Notes: generated by a model not told the origin, from the letters alone. DNA of 64,000 nucleotides from Terriglobales bacterium (GCA_036268595.1 DATATW010000063.1:37486-101485), one strand, 5' to 3'; positions 27,118 to 37,484 are shown, numbered from the stretch's first letter. Program-made: numbers and translations.

Positions 27118-30100
27118 TCACGCAGGAACGGCGTTGAGCGGTTTCTCATCGAGCAGAAGTTCAGTAGCCTGCACGCGCGGATGCGAATGAAACCACCCCT
27201 GCACCACGTCCTCCGCCAGGAAGTTCGCGAGCGCCAGCAGGCTCATACCCTGATGATGCGCCATCCAGCAGCGGATCAACTCGGATTCATGCTTCCAAAT
27301 TCGGTCACGTGAGGCGCTGTAATCCGCAGACTCGAAGAAGCCGTAATCCCCAAACCATCCGTCGTGACTCATGCGGCGAAGATTTTCTATCGCTGCCTTA
27401 GGGGTAGTGTTGAGCGCCAGGAAAGTTGAATAAGGCGAAATCACCAGCGCGTTTACATCGCTGTGAAAAATCGCGAGTTGCGGAATGCCGAATGCATGAT
27501 AGCCATAATTTCCCGCCGCATCACGGGTTGCAAACGACGATTCTGAAATTCCCCACGGAATGCGTTTCGACGCAGTGTATTCCTGTTGCGAAATAATCGC
27601 GCCATGTTGCGAAGCATCGAGCAGTGTGCCCGGGTAAGTTTTCATCCAGATGGCCGGCATCATGTACTCGAACATGGTGCCGGTCCAGGAGAGAAGAACC
27701 GCGCGGCCCTGATCGACGGTACGCGAGCGCGAAAGAAGGAACCATGTTTCCTGCGGAATCTCATCTTTGGCTATGGCGATAAACGATGCCGTGCGCGCCT
27801 CCGACGCCAGCAGGTCATAGCAGGCGTCATGCAGGATCTTTTCCCCACCATCGAATCCGATTGAAAGCAGCTTGCGGCGGCGGCTTAACAAAAAGCCAAA
27901 CTCGGTTTCTTCAGCTAATTTGCCCGCTTCGTCTGAGGCGGCTTCGAGTTCCTGCGTCAGGCGGGCGGCATCCATTCGCGCTCCTGAAACCATGGAAAGC
28001 AGCCGTTGCAACAAGGCACGACGAGGTGTTTTATTCGCGTCGCCTTGCTCATCTCCGCCGTTCGGAAGATTGTCGATGGCACGCTGCAATTGCGTGGCAA
28101 ACCGGGTCAGCGCCCCGGGAAGCGCCTTTAGGCTGAGATCGTCCGACGGCGGAGTAACCGCCGGATCCTCTTCCAGTTCGACGAAATCCAGTAGTTTCCA
28201 TGGGGTCAGGCGCACTGTGGTTTGGGCAAACTGGTGCAGGCGCTCCAAGGCCTGCTGGCTGAACCATCGCACGCTGCTCTCGTGCTCCGCGTCGCTCTCT
28301 CCCGCGGAGATTCGCTCCAGCGCCTTGCGGGGAAAACGCAGCAGCGAAGCTTCCCAATGCTGGCCCGCCGACCTCTCTTCGATTTTGTGAAATAGATCTG
28401 CTGGAAACGCTTTCAGCTCGGTGAGAACCTGCAGATGATCGAGAAAGCCGACAGCCAACTCTCTGCGAAGCACCGGCTGCTCCAAAATCCGCCGGCAGCC
28501 CTGTTGTAGCGTCCATAAAGACGCAACCAGATTGCCGCTATCCACAGTCGAAACAAATAATGGTGGCAACGGCTCCAGAGTCCGCGTGTCATACCAGTTG
28601 TAAATATGTCCTCGATACCGCTTCATGCTTCGCAAGGTCTTCAGTGTTTTCGCGGTGAGGTCGACGAATTCCTGGGGGGTGAGATATCCAAACTCGCACG
28701 CCACTTGGCGAGCGTTCAGCAGCAGGCCGACGTTCGTGGGTGACACCCTTGGGGCCACCACAAACGGCTCCTGCTGCACATTGTCGGGGATCAACCAGTT
28801 GTGTTCGTGAGTGCTGAACTCGGCAAAATAGCGCCAGGTGCGTACTGCGGCAGCGCGCAGAAACTGCTTATCTTTTGGGGAGGTCTCAGCGCGACTAAAT
28901 CGGGGCGGCCGATTCAACCACACCGAAACCAATTTGCTGCTGCCCCACAAGATGAGAATTGGCAAGGCAGAAAAGAACGCCGGACGCCGGATGACGTAAA
29001 CCAGGGCTGCAAGCAGCAGCACGATCAACGGAATCCAGTCGAGGTAAATATCTACCGGCGTGCGCTTTTGGCCCCCCGCCTCTGCTTCCGCCGCGGTTTC
29101 CCACTCCAGCAGCCGCTGACGTGTAAACAGCCGCCTGACCAGCGTCCGCACCACGGCGTCCATCGCGACCAGCATCTGGTGGGCCAGGAAAACAAAGCTC
29201 AGAAAAACATTGAAATTGGCGACGAACAAGGTGCGCAGGGCATCGCGAGCAATGGCCGCCTTTCGCTCAGCCACCGAACGCACCAGATTAAAGAAGAACT
29301 CAAACCACACCGGCACGAACAAAATGCAGATTGCGGAGAGCGTCCAGTTGCGCGCCGAAACCGGCAGCATGAGCCAGCTCAGAAGGAACAGCAGAAAGGT
29401 CGCCGGCTCGACCAGGCTGCGTCGCAGGTTGTCGAGAATCTTCCATTGCGAGACCAGTGAAATAGGATTTCGCACCCGCCGGCGGCTTTCATCCGGCACA
29501 TGCGGCAACAGCCAGCTGGTAATCTGCCAGTCGCCGCGCAGCCAGCGGTGCTTCCGGCGGTTATAGGCGCTGTAGTGCGAAGGGTAATCCTCGATCACTT
29601 CTATATCTGTGACCAGTCCTGCCCGCGCATATGCGCCTTCAATCAGGTCGTGACTCAGCAATGCGTTTTCGGGGAAGCGATGTTCCAGCACCCGCTGCAC
29701 CACGGCAACTTCATAAATGCCTTTGCCGGCGAATATTCCTTCCCCGTACAGGTCCTGATAAACATCGGAGACCGCATGGGTGTAGATGTCCATTCCGGTT
29801 TGGCCGGAGTAAATGTTCGCCAACCGCGAGCGGGAAGCGCTCTGCACGCTGACTCGTACCCGAGGCTGCAAAATCCCGTAACCTGCGATCACGATGTTTT
29901 TTTCAGGGTCAATGATCGCCTGATTTAGCGGGTGTGCGAGCGTGCCGATCAGGCGCTGTGCGGAGCCACGCGGCATTTCGGTGTCGGCATCGAGAGTAAT
30001 GACGAATCGTACTTCCGGCAGCAGCGAAAGATCGCCGGCCTTCACCGGAAAGCTGTCATATTCGCCGCTCAACAGCCGGTTCAGGTCCATCAGCTTGCCG

Positions 30101-31611
30101 CGCTTGCGTTCCCATCCCATCCACACTTTTTCGCGCGGGTTGTAAACCCGGTGGCGGTGCAGCAACAGGAACGATCCCATTTTTTTATTGGCGTATTTTT
30201 CGTTCAAGCCTTTGATCAGATTCGTACACAAATCCACTGCAGGGTCCTCCTCGTTGGAGGGCACCGCGGAATCGGGAAGATCGGTAAGCAATGCAAAGTG
30301 GACATTGGGATCGTGGTTTCCCAGATACCTTACCTCTAGATCATTCACCAGCCGTTTGACTTGATTTTCATTCAATAGCAAAGCTGGAACTGCGATCAGG
30401 GTGACGCAGTCGTGCGGGACCGACTTCGAAAAATCCAGCTTAGGCAGGATTTCGGGCCGCAGTACGGCTGTGGTCAGATAATTCATGACCTGTACTGCGC
30501 TTTGTGAAGACGGCAGCAGCAGCAACACCATCGCAAACAGAATCATGATGGGAGGCGTGTTGGTGCTGGTGAGTAAAAGAACCACCGTCGACATAATCAC
30601 CAGGGTGAGAATTTCAATGCCCGGCAAGTAGAATTCGTCGGGGTGGGTACGCAGAAAATGGCGTATTCGCCAGCCGAAAGGCGGACGGAAACCAACCTTT
30701 GCGCATAGCTCTTCGATTCCTGCCCCCACTAGGTAATAGCCAATGTGGGATTGACGTTGCAGCAGACGTGGATCACCTGAAGCCTGTTTGGCGGCTTCGC
30801 GCGCCAGCGACAGAGCGGCTTGGGCTACTTCCATCTCGGTGGAGTCCGAGTTTTCAGCGATCTTTACTAATCGTGAGCGATAGAGATCGCGGCTGTCGAA
30901 ATCCATCCGCGAATACGCGCCCGCCGGGTCTGCGCGCAATATTTTCTCAAATGCGACTTGTGGATCGAGCACGTCCTTCCAGTGCAGCTGGCTGATGTCG
31001 CGCAGGCTGCGCACACACACCCCGACCTTTTGCGGCATGTCAGGATTCTGCAGCGCCCTTTGCCCTCGGGCAGCAACCTGTTCCAGCAATACCAGTTCAA
31101 GCGATGGGATGAGCGCCCAGAGTTCGCTAAATTTAAGAACCGTCACTTGTTGATATGCGTCGATGTAGGCAACCAGGGCGTGTTCATCAAATTGAAATTG
31201 GACGGCATGCAGAAAGGCCTCTGCGACCGCGGCTGCCCTGGGAATAGTGATTCCACGAGGCGTGCTCACGTGCGGCAGCCGGTCCAAGGGTTTGAATGCG
31301 TTCTTAGTGCTTCCTAAATGTGCCCAGAGCAGGGTCGTATTCTCCCGCAACCAGCGGTGATCGTCAGTCTCTGATTCGCTGCGCCCATCTTGCTCAACTT
31401 TCTCCAGAAGAGGCCGCATTGCCGCCGCCATCGCGTTCCACCGAGCAGTGTAGAAGGGAGAACTCTGAACGCTCGGGTTCCAGGCCAGCAGGGGTGCGAG
31501 TTCCTCCGCCTGTCGGCGAATATCCGTGAAGTCAGGAATGGTCGGGCTCGCGCCTTCTGGCACTCGCTCTGATTCAGACTCGATCAAATCTATGTGCGTA
31601 TTTTGCGGCAT
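27118..31611 (-). CDS. Cyclic beta-1,2-glucan synthase-like protein: GT84-type glycosyltransferase, TM segments and Cgs central (cyclisation-type) domain, with no GH94 domain
   Basis: The GT motifs are 'ITLDADTEMPRG' and 'RRKHRWLRGDWQ'. The central-domain signatures are 'SPTNVGLLLNA', 'GHIYNWYDTRTLEPLPPLFVSTVDSGNLVASLW', 'GTMFEYMMPAIWM', 'PWGISESSF' and 'MAHHQGMSLLAL'. The protein ends at '...ATELLLDEKP'. Confidence 0.8.
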   Translation of the reverse strand: MPQNTHIDLIESESERVPEGASPTIPDFTDIRRQAEELAPLLAWNPSVQSSPFYTARWNAMAAAMRPLLEKVEQDGRSESETDDHRWLRENTTLLWAHLGSTKNAFKPLDRLPHVSTPRGITIPRAAAVAEAFLHAVQFQFDEHALVAYIDAYQQVTVLKFSELWALIPSLELVLLEQVAARGQRALQNPDMPQKVGVCVRSLRDISQLHWKDVLDPQVAFEKILRADPAGAYSRMDFDSRDLYRSRLVKIAENSDSTEMEVAQAALSLAREAAKQASGDPRLLQRQSHIGYYLVGAGIEELCAKVGFRPPFGWRIRHFLRTHPDEFYLPGIEILTLVIMSTVVLLLTSTNTPPIMILFAMVLLLLPSSQSAVQVMNYLTTAVLRPEILPKLDFSKSVPHDCVTLIAVPALLLNENQVKRLVNDLEVRYLGNHDPNVHFALLTDLPDSAVPSNEEDPAVDLCTNLIKGLNEKYANKKMGSFLLLHRHRVYNPREKVWMGWERKRGKLMDLNRLLSGEYDSFPVKAGDLSLLPEVRFVITLDADTEMPRGSAQRLIGTLAHPLNQAIIDPEKNIVIAGYGILQPRVRVSVQSASRSRLANIYSGQTGMDIYTHAVSDVYQDLYGEGIFAGKGIYEVAVVQRVLEHRFPENALLSHDLIEGAYARAGLVTDIEVIEDYPSHYSAYNRRKHRWLRGDWQITSWLLPHVPDESRRRVRNPISLVSQWKILDNLRRSLVEPATFLLFLLSWLMLPVSARNWTLSAICILFVPVWFEFFFNLVRSVAERKAAIARDALRTLFVANFNVFLSFVFLAHQMLVAMDAVVRTLVRRLFTRQRLLEWETAAEAEAGGQKRTPVDIYLDWIPLIVLLLAALVYVIRRPAFFSALPILILWGSSKLVSVWLNRPPRFSRAETSPKDKQFLRAAAVRTWRYFAEFSTHEHNWLIPDNVQQEPFVVAPRVSPTNVGLLLNARQVACEFGYLTPQEFVDLTAKTLKTLRSMKRYRGHIYNWYDTRTLEPLPPLFVSTVDSGNLVASLWTLQQGCRRILEQPVLRRELAVGFLDHLQVLTELKAFPADLFHKIEERSAGQHWEASLLRFPRKALERISAGESDAEHESSVRWFSQQALERLHQFAQTTVRLTPWKLLDFVELEEDPAVTPPSDDLSLKALPGALTRFATQLQRAIDNLPNGGDEQGDANKTPRRALLQRLLSMVSGARMDAARLTQELEAASDEAGKLAEETEFGFLLSRRRKLLSIGFDGGEKILHDACYDLLASEARTASFIAIAKDEIPQETWFLLSRSRTVDQGRAVLLSWTGTMFEYMMPAIWMKTYPGTLLDASQHGAIISQQEYTASKRIPWGISESSFATRDAAGNYGYHAFGIPQLAIFHSDVNALVISPYSTFLALNTTPKAAIENLRRMSHDGWFGDYGFFESADYSASRDRIWKHESELIRCWMAHHQGMSLLALANFLAEDVVQGWFHSHPRVQATELLLDEKPLNAVPA

Positions 31612-31616
31612 TCGGA

Positions 31617-33437
31617 TCAGCGATAGCTGGCAGCTTGCAATTCAAACATTTCCGCGTAGCGGCCACCGATACGGGTGAGGTGGTCGTGAGTTCCTTCTTC
31701 TACGATTCGGCCACCTTCGAGTACTACGATGCGATCGGCCATGCGCACGGTTGAAAAGCGGTGCGAGATGAAGAGTGCCATCCTTCCAGTCGTGAGTTCG
31801 GCGAAACGTTTAAAGACTTCGTATTCGCTGCGCGCGTCAAGCGCGGCGGTCGGTTCGTCAAGAATGAACAATTGTGAGTTGCGCAGGTAAGCTCGCGCCA
31901 ACGCGAGCTTCTGCCATTCGCCCCCGGAAAGATCGACTCCGCCCTCGAACCGCCGACCAAGCATTTGTTCGAATCCAGCGGGAAGCCTGGCGATCACTTC
32001 ATCCGCCATGCTCTTTTGAGCGGCAGCTTTCAGCAAGGGCAGGTCCATAACCTCGTCTATTTTTCCGACTGCGATATTCTCTCGCGCCGTCATCTCATAA
32101 CGCATGAAGTCCTGAAAGATTACGCCGATTTCGCGATAAAGGTCTTCCAGGTCGTATTCGCGCAGATCGACTCCATCCAGCAGAATTTGCCCCTCGGTCG
32201 GATCGTAAAGCCGCGTGATGAGTTTGACGATGGTGGTTTTGCCCTGCCCATTCTCTCCGATTAGTGCAATGCGTTCTCCTGGATGCAGATGAAAGTTCAA
32301 GTGATCGATGACCCTGCGTTCATTTCCAGGATATTGAAAGCTGACGTCGCGGAATTCGAATCCCTGCCGGATCGGCCTTGGCGCCGGCAAAGCGTTTGGC
32401 TTCGACTGGATGGTCGGCCTCATTTCAAAAAACGCCAGCAGATCAGTCAGGAACAACGCCTGATCGGCAATTCCGGAAAGCGTGGAGAATACCTGCTGGA
32501 TGGTGCTGCTGGCTTGCATGATCGCGGTGATCAGGAAATAAAAGGTGCCGATACTCAAGCTGCCCTTTATGGTGCGCCAGATCACATAGGCATAGGCCCC
32601 GTAGTATCCGCCGGTGCTGACGACGGATAAAACCGAACCGATCCCTAACCGTTTCCGCGCCAGGTCGACATCCTGCTCATAAATGATGTCGGAGAGTTTC
32701 GCGAAACGCTGGGTAAAAAAGCCGGCGAGGTTGAACAGCTTAAGTTCCTTCGCCGCTTCCTTGGTTGCCCCGGCCTGGCGCAGGTAATCGAGCTGACGCT
32801 TGATCGGAGTCTGGCGAAAGTTTTTGGCGTAGCCAAGGAACGCAAAGTGGGTTTCGCCCAGAAACGCCGGCAGCACAGCCGCGATCAGCAGCAGCATCAA
32901 CCAGGGCGAATAGAACATTACCGCCGCCGACCAACCGACGGCGGTGATTACTTGCAGCTCCAACCTGCCTATGGACTGGATCATCACCAGGCGGTCGGTG
33001 GCCTGCACCCTGGCGCGCTCCAGCCGGTCGTAAAAGATCGGGTCTTCGTACGCGATCACGTCCAGCTCGGACGCGTGCTTCATCACTTGGATGCTGACGT
33101 GACGGGTGTATTTGTTGGCGAGCAGCGCGTCGGAGTAATCCATCATGCGTCCGACAATGCCGGTCATGAGGGCCAAAGAAAATTCAGCTGCCACCAGCCA
33201 CCAGAGATGGGTTGAAACCGGCTGGTGTTTGGTGATGACATTATTGACAATGTCGATGATCAGCTTGGCGACATAAGTGAGACCGATCGGCAGCACCGCC
33301 GCCACAATACGCGCAACAATGCCGAACGTGACCACGCCCGGCCCCGACTGCCAGACAATCTTTAGAACAGGGGGAACGTTGCGCAGGGCCGAAAGCCGCT
33401 CCTGCCAACTGCTCCAAAAGGTCTCTTTTTCTGACAT
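31617..33437 (-). CDS. ABC exporter (fused permease and ATPase), a candidate glucan exporter (NdvA/ChvA-like by context)
   Basis: It has six N-terminal TM helices, Walker A 'GENGQGKTT', the signature 'LSGGEWQKLALARA' and Walker B 'LFILDEPTAALD'. It lies 5 nt upstream of the synthase gene on the same strand. Confidence 0.8.
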   Translation of the reverse strand: MSEKETFWSSWQERLSALRNVPPVLKIVWQSGPGVVTFGIVARIVAAVLPIGLTYVAKLIIDIVNNVITKHQPVSTHLWWLVAAEFSLALMTGIVGRMMDYSDALLANKYTRHVSIQVMKHASELDVIAYEDPIFYDRLERARVQATDRLVMIQSIGRLELQVITAVGWSAAVMFYSPWLMLLLIAAVLPAFLGETHFAFLGYAKNFRQTPIKRQLDYLRQAGATKEAAKELKLFNLAGFFTQRFAKLSDIIYEQDVDLARKRLGIGSVLSVVSTGGYYGAYAYVIWRTIKGSLSIGTFYFLITAIMQASSTIQQVFSTLSGIADQALFLTDLLAFFEMRPTIQSKPNALPAPRPIRQGFEFRDVSFQYPGNERRVIDHLNFHLHPGERIALIGENGQGKTTIVKLITRLYDPTEGQILLDGVDLREYDLEDLYREIGVIFQDFMRYEMTARENIAVGKIDEVMDLPLLKAAAQKSMADEVIARLPAGFEQMLGRRFEGGVDLSGGEWQKLALARAYLRNSQLFILDEPTAALDARSEYEVFKRFAELTTGRMALFISHRFSTVRMADRIVVLEGGRIVEEGTHDHLTRIGGRYAEMFELQAASYR

Positions 33438-33794
33438 TTGGCCGAGTCCCGGCTCGGTCTATATGCTGCGCACGCCAAGTCTGCACCAGAGATGCCGAAA
33501 AACGGTGCAGAGGTTTGATCCGGTTTCGCCTGTTATCTGCCAGCTTGGCCCCCGATCCTGCGGGGGGCGCCATCCTGCCACAGCATACTCATTATAGGTT
33601 GTGGCCTTGGAATTCGAGAGCCAGCGCCAGCTAAGTCGTTCGCCTTAAGTTACCTGAAACAATGGCCCGAAATCAGTTATTGCGAGCTTAAATTCCGGAA
33701 ATTTTTACTGGGTCATGCACCAGCGTCACCACTTCGGCATGCTTTCGCGGCCGCCGATCAGCAACTCTGCTTGATAATGTTCTGAACACCAGCA

Positions 33795-35111
33795 ATGTTT
33801 TCTACCCGTCGTCAATTCCTTCGCGTGGCAATGACCGGGGCTGCAACTCTTCCGCTAGCAGGGAAGATTGTTGCCTCCGACTTGCTTACCACACCCGCTG
33901 ACCTCTCCGCGAGTGATGCCGCATTGCTCAATGAAATTGAGCGCGCGGCTTTCGAATATTTTTGGAATGAAGCTACTCCTGAAACTGGAATGGTGCTCGA
34001 TCGCGCCAACGCGAACGGCGGCAGCTCCTGCAAAATCTCGAGTATTGCCGCCACCGGTTTTGGTCTGACCGCGTTATGCATCGGCTATGAGCGCGAATAT
34101 CGCTCCCGCAATCAGATCGAGCAACGAGTCGCGCAGACGCTGGATTTTATTTCCCGCTCTGTGCCGACGGAACACGGATTCCTCTACCACTTTGTCAATC
34201 CCGTAACCGGGAAACGGGCGGTGCATTCGGAGATTTCGCCCATTGATACGGCGATCCTGCTCTGCGGTGTGCTGACCTGCCGCGAATATTTCCGCGATCT
34301 CCACATCCACCGCGACGCCACCAATATTTACAACCGGGTTGATTGGGAATGGGCGCTGAATAGTGGCAAGACGATCGCCATGGATTGGATGCCGGAGTAT
34401 GGTTTCAGCCGCCGGCGCTGGGATTCCTATTGCGAATCGATGATGATGTATTTGCTGGCCATGGGCTCGCCGACTCACCCCATCCCAGCAGATTCGTGGA
34501 ACGCGATACATCGCCCGAAGATGGTTTACCGAGGCCATCAATATATTTCCGGCCCGGAACCGCTTTTTGTTCACCAGTATTCGCATGCCTGGTTTGATTT
34601 TCGATCGAAGCATGACGCCTACGCCAACTATTTCGAGAACTCTGTGATCGCGTCATCAGCCCATCGCGAGTTCTGCGAAGAATTGAGCGAACGGTTCCCC
34701 TGCTATTCGAAGGACGTTTGGGGAATAAGCGCCTCGGAGTCCAGCAGCGGATACGTCGCATGGGGCGGTCCACCGATCCTCGGTCCGATCGATGGCAGCA
34801 TTGTCCCCGCCGCATCTGCCGGGTCCTTACCGTTTTTGTATCGCGAGTCCATGACGGTTCTGCGGAACTTACGTCGCTACTATGGCAGCCAGATCTGGAA
34901 AGAGTACGGTTTCGTTGATGCCTTCAACCCGCTTACCGGCTGGGTCAGTCGCGATGTGATCGGCATCGACGTGGGAATCACCATGCTGATGGCGGAAAAT
35001 GCCCGCAGTGAATTTGTGTGGAACACTTTCATGCGTAATACCGAAGCCCGGAATGCGATGGAGCTTGCCGGATTCCTTCCCGATGGTTTCGAAGTTCCTG
35101 CCATGGCGTAG
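33795..35111 (+). CDS. Tat-exported glucoamylase-like / GH144-type endo-beta-1,2-glucanase candidate
   Basis: It has the Tat motif 'STRRQFLRVA', plus 'FEYFWNEATPETGMVLDR', 'SSIAATGFGLTAL' and 'GFLYHFVNPVTGKR...SEISPIDTAILL', which resemble the PF10091/GH144 family as I recall it. Confidence 0.7.
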   Translation: MFSTRRQFLRVAMTGAATLPLAGKIVASDLLTTPADLSASDAALLNEIERAAFEYFWNEATPETGMVLDRANANGGSSCKISSIAATGFGLTALCIGYEREYRSRNQIEQRVAQTLDFISRSVPTEHGFLYHFVNPVTGKRAVHSEISPIDTAILLCGVLTCREYFRDLHIHRDATNIYNRVDWEWALNSGKTIAMDWMPEYGFSRRRWDSYCESMMMYLLAMGSPTHPIPADSWNAIHRPKMVYRGHQYISGPEPLFVHQYSHAWFDFRSKHDAYANYFENSVIASSAHREFCEELSERFPCYSKDVWGISASESSSGYVAWGGPPILGPIDGSIVPAASAGSLPFLYRESMTVLRNLRRYYGSQIWKEYGFVDAFNPLTGWVSRDVIGIDVGITMLMAENARSEFVWNTFMRNTEARNAMELAGFLPDGFEVPAMA

Positions 35112-35284
35112 CCCGCAGCTCTCGAATTCTGCCCAACCAAACACCTTGAGTCCAGCAGCGAATTGGTCCAAGTTCGCCGAATTGCAGTCCAATCGGCCAG
35201 TGCATGTGCCCGGCTGCGGTGACTGGCCCGCCGTGTTAGCGTTTTAGCGCTTTTTGGTTTTACAATGCCCTAACGAGTCAATCC

Positions 35285-36649
35285 ATGAATGCTGCAGTCG
35301 CACAGGAACTCTGGAAAGGCCAGACCATCGATGGAAAGTTTCCCCTGCTTGAATGGCTAGGCGGTTCCACGCATAGCGCTGTATTCCGCACTCAGTTGCC
35401 AGGCTCATCGATGCAACCCGCGGCGATCAAACTGGTTCGCGCCGATCGTCCTGATGCCGCGCAACAGATTGCAGCCTGGCGCGGATTGGTAACGCTATCG
35501 CATTCTCACCTGCTTCGAATCTTCCACGCGGGCCATTGCCAGATGAGCGGTGCGCCCTGGCTCTACGTGGTGACGGAATATGCCGAAGAAAATGTGGACC
35601 AGGTGTTGCCGGTGCGTCCGCTTTCGATGACAGAAGTTGGCGAACTGCTGCCGCCGGTGATCGAATCGCTTTCGTTCCTGCATTCAAAACATCTGGTGCA
35701 TGGGCGGCTTAAGCCCTCAAACATCTGCGCAGTAAAAAATCAGTTGAAGCTTACGACCGACAGCGTTCATCCGGCTGCTCAGCCGTTTACTCCATATTCC
35801 CTGACGGCCTACGATGCTCCTGAATCTGAATCTGGACGGCTGCCTCCCGCCGCGGACATGTGGTCGCTGGGCATGACGCTGGTGGCGGCCTTTGACCAGC
35901 GGCCTTTGACCTGGAGCCGTTCCAACACTGTGGATCCAGTTGTGCCGAAATCAATTCCCGCGCCCTATGCGCAGATTGCGCGTGAATGCCTGCGCATGAA
36001 TCCTGAGGATCGATGCACACTTTCGAGGCTCAGGGATCTGGTTCACCAGGCGCCGCCGCTGCCGAAGCCGCCGGTTCCTAAAGCGACAGGGCGGAAAAAA
36101 GTAGTAGCGCCGCTGATCGCCGTGCTGGTTGTCGGAGCAGTGATTTTTGCGGTTAGATCGAAGCACTCAACTCCAAGTGAGCCCGCGGTAGTAGCTCCTG
36201 CGGAGCAACAAGTTCCGCCGGCTGAACAACCGACGACCAATTCCGCTGACCAGAAACCGACAGCGTATGCGCCTAAGACCGATGCAGCCGTCCCACCTGC
36301 GGTCACTCATGAAAGTTCTCCCAAGCCGCCGGTGAGAGTTGTCGAATCCGTGCCCACGACTCCAGGCGTAGTAAACCAGGTTCTGCCGCAAGTTCCTTTG
36401 AGCGCCCGCGAGACGATTCATGGAAAAGTCAGAGTAAAGGTGCAAGTCCAGGTGGGGCCGAATGGAGACGTTTCGGATGCGTCCTTCATCTCCCCGGGGC
36501 CTAGCAGGTATTTTGCGCGTCTGGCAATGGAAGCGTCGCGCCAGTGGAAATTCCAGCCCGGTCAGCCAACGCCCGCGCACTGGGTCCTCGAATACAGGTT
36601 CGGTAGAACCTCGACTGAAGTCACTCCCGTCGCCGTCCCCGGTAAGTAG
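35285..36649 (+). CDS. Ser/Thr protein kinase-fold protein (predicted pseudokinase) with TM segment and TonB C-terminal-like domain
   Basis: The kinase subdomains 'AAIKLV', 'YDAPE', 'DMWSLGMTLV' and 'CLRMNPEDRCT' are readable. The catalytic loop reads 'HGRLKPSN' instead of HRDLKPxN, and there is no DFG. The C-terminus, 'IHGKVRVKVQVQVGPNGDVSDASFI...ARLAMEASRQWKFQP', is TonB_C-like. Confidence 0.8.
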   Translation: MNAAVAQELWKGQTIDGKFPLLEWLGGSTHSAVFRTQLPGSSMQPAAIKLVRADRPDAAQQIAAWRGLVTLSHSHLLRIFHAGHCQMSGAPWLYVVTEYAEENVDQVLPVRPLSMTEVGELLPPVIESLSFLHSKHLVHGRLKPSNICAVKNQLKLTTDSVHPAAQPFTPYSLTAYDAPESESGRLPPAADMWSLGMTLVAAFDQRPLTWSRSNTVDPVVPKSIPAPYAQIARECLRMNPEDRCTLSRLRDLVHQAPPLPKPPVPKATGRKKVVAPLIAVLVVGAVIFAVRSKHSTPSEPAVVAPAEQQVPPAEQPTTNSADQKPTAYAPKTDAAVPPAVTHESSPKPPVRVVESVPTTPGVVNQVLPQVPLSARETIHGKVRVKVQVQVGPNGDVSDASFISPGPSRYFARLAMEASRQWKFQPGQPTPAHWVLEYRFGRTSTEVTPVAVPGK

Positions 36650-36936
36650 TCACAGTTGTGAAGAGCGGAATGTACGTCTTCTGCGAGGAATCCCACAAGT
36701 TGTGTTCCGAAGGATTGTCGAGTCCCTGTGTCGAATGGGCTCAGGCAACTAGTGCGTCGCGGATCCAGCTAACCGAGGTATTTGGTGTAGCACAGGATAG
36801 AACGCTGCATCTTGCTCTTCAGAACCTGGGGTAGGGAAACCGAAGCTCGGGTGCGGCGCTACGGATAAAGGAGCTGCCTATGCAGTTGGAGACATTAAGA
36901 TATTGGTAGGATGTACTTACCCTTGGTTACCCATCG

Positions 36937-37278
36937 ATGAATGCCACTGATTTCGTGGAAACTGACTTCGCCAGGGTTGCGTCGGGCATCGCGTTTGCCT
37001 ACCTATTTCCGATAGTCGGATATGTCTTAGGAGTGGCCTGGAACAAATTCATAGGCGCAATGGATCAAGGGACTAGCAAGAGATGGAAAACCGCGTGCCT
37101 CCTGTTACCCGTTCTGTTTCTAGGGATGATGGTAAAAGTTCGATTTGGCAACATTCGGGATGTGTGGCTTCAGTCGCCCGTTCTGATGTCTGTGGGGTAT
37201 TTGATATTTGGTTTAATTATGCCGTCCGGGTTATTCGTAATAATTTTTAAAATCTGGCGTCCCCTTGATCGTGAATAG
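36937..37278 (+). CDS. Small membrane protein, hypothetical
   Basis: The 113-aa ORF has about three hydrophobic helices and lies in the AT-richer region. I recognised no motif. Confidence 0.4.
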   Translation: MNATDFVETDFARVASGIAFAYLFPIVGYVLGVAWNKFIGAMDQGTSKRWKTACLLLPVLFLGMMVKVRFGNIRDVWLQSPVLMSVGYLIFGLIMPSGLFVIIFKIWRPLDRE

Positions 37279-37484
37279 ATTGCGCTTGCTTACTAACCCC
37301 TCCAGGCTACGCCTGCGCTCCAATTCCCCGCGGCGCGAGAGCGAGACTTCCCAGTTGCCGCCGGTCAATAGGTTCAGCTACGATTCCGCACGGAAACTTC
37401 ATCTTCTTGGTGCTACGTTCACGAGTTTGACCAACCTATATATATCGCGGGCACCACTCCCGTTACTTCTAATCCAATTTCATC

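Noticed and set aside
27586-30339. Multiple 90-220-aa plus-strand ORFs (for example 28801-29460 and 29500-29928).
   Set aside because: All are antisense to the 1497-aa Cgs-like gene, which has strong motif support along its entire length.
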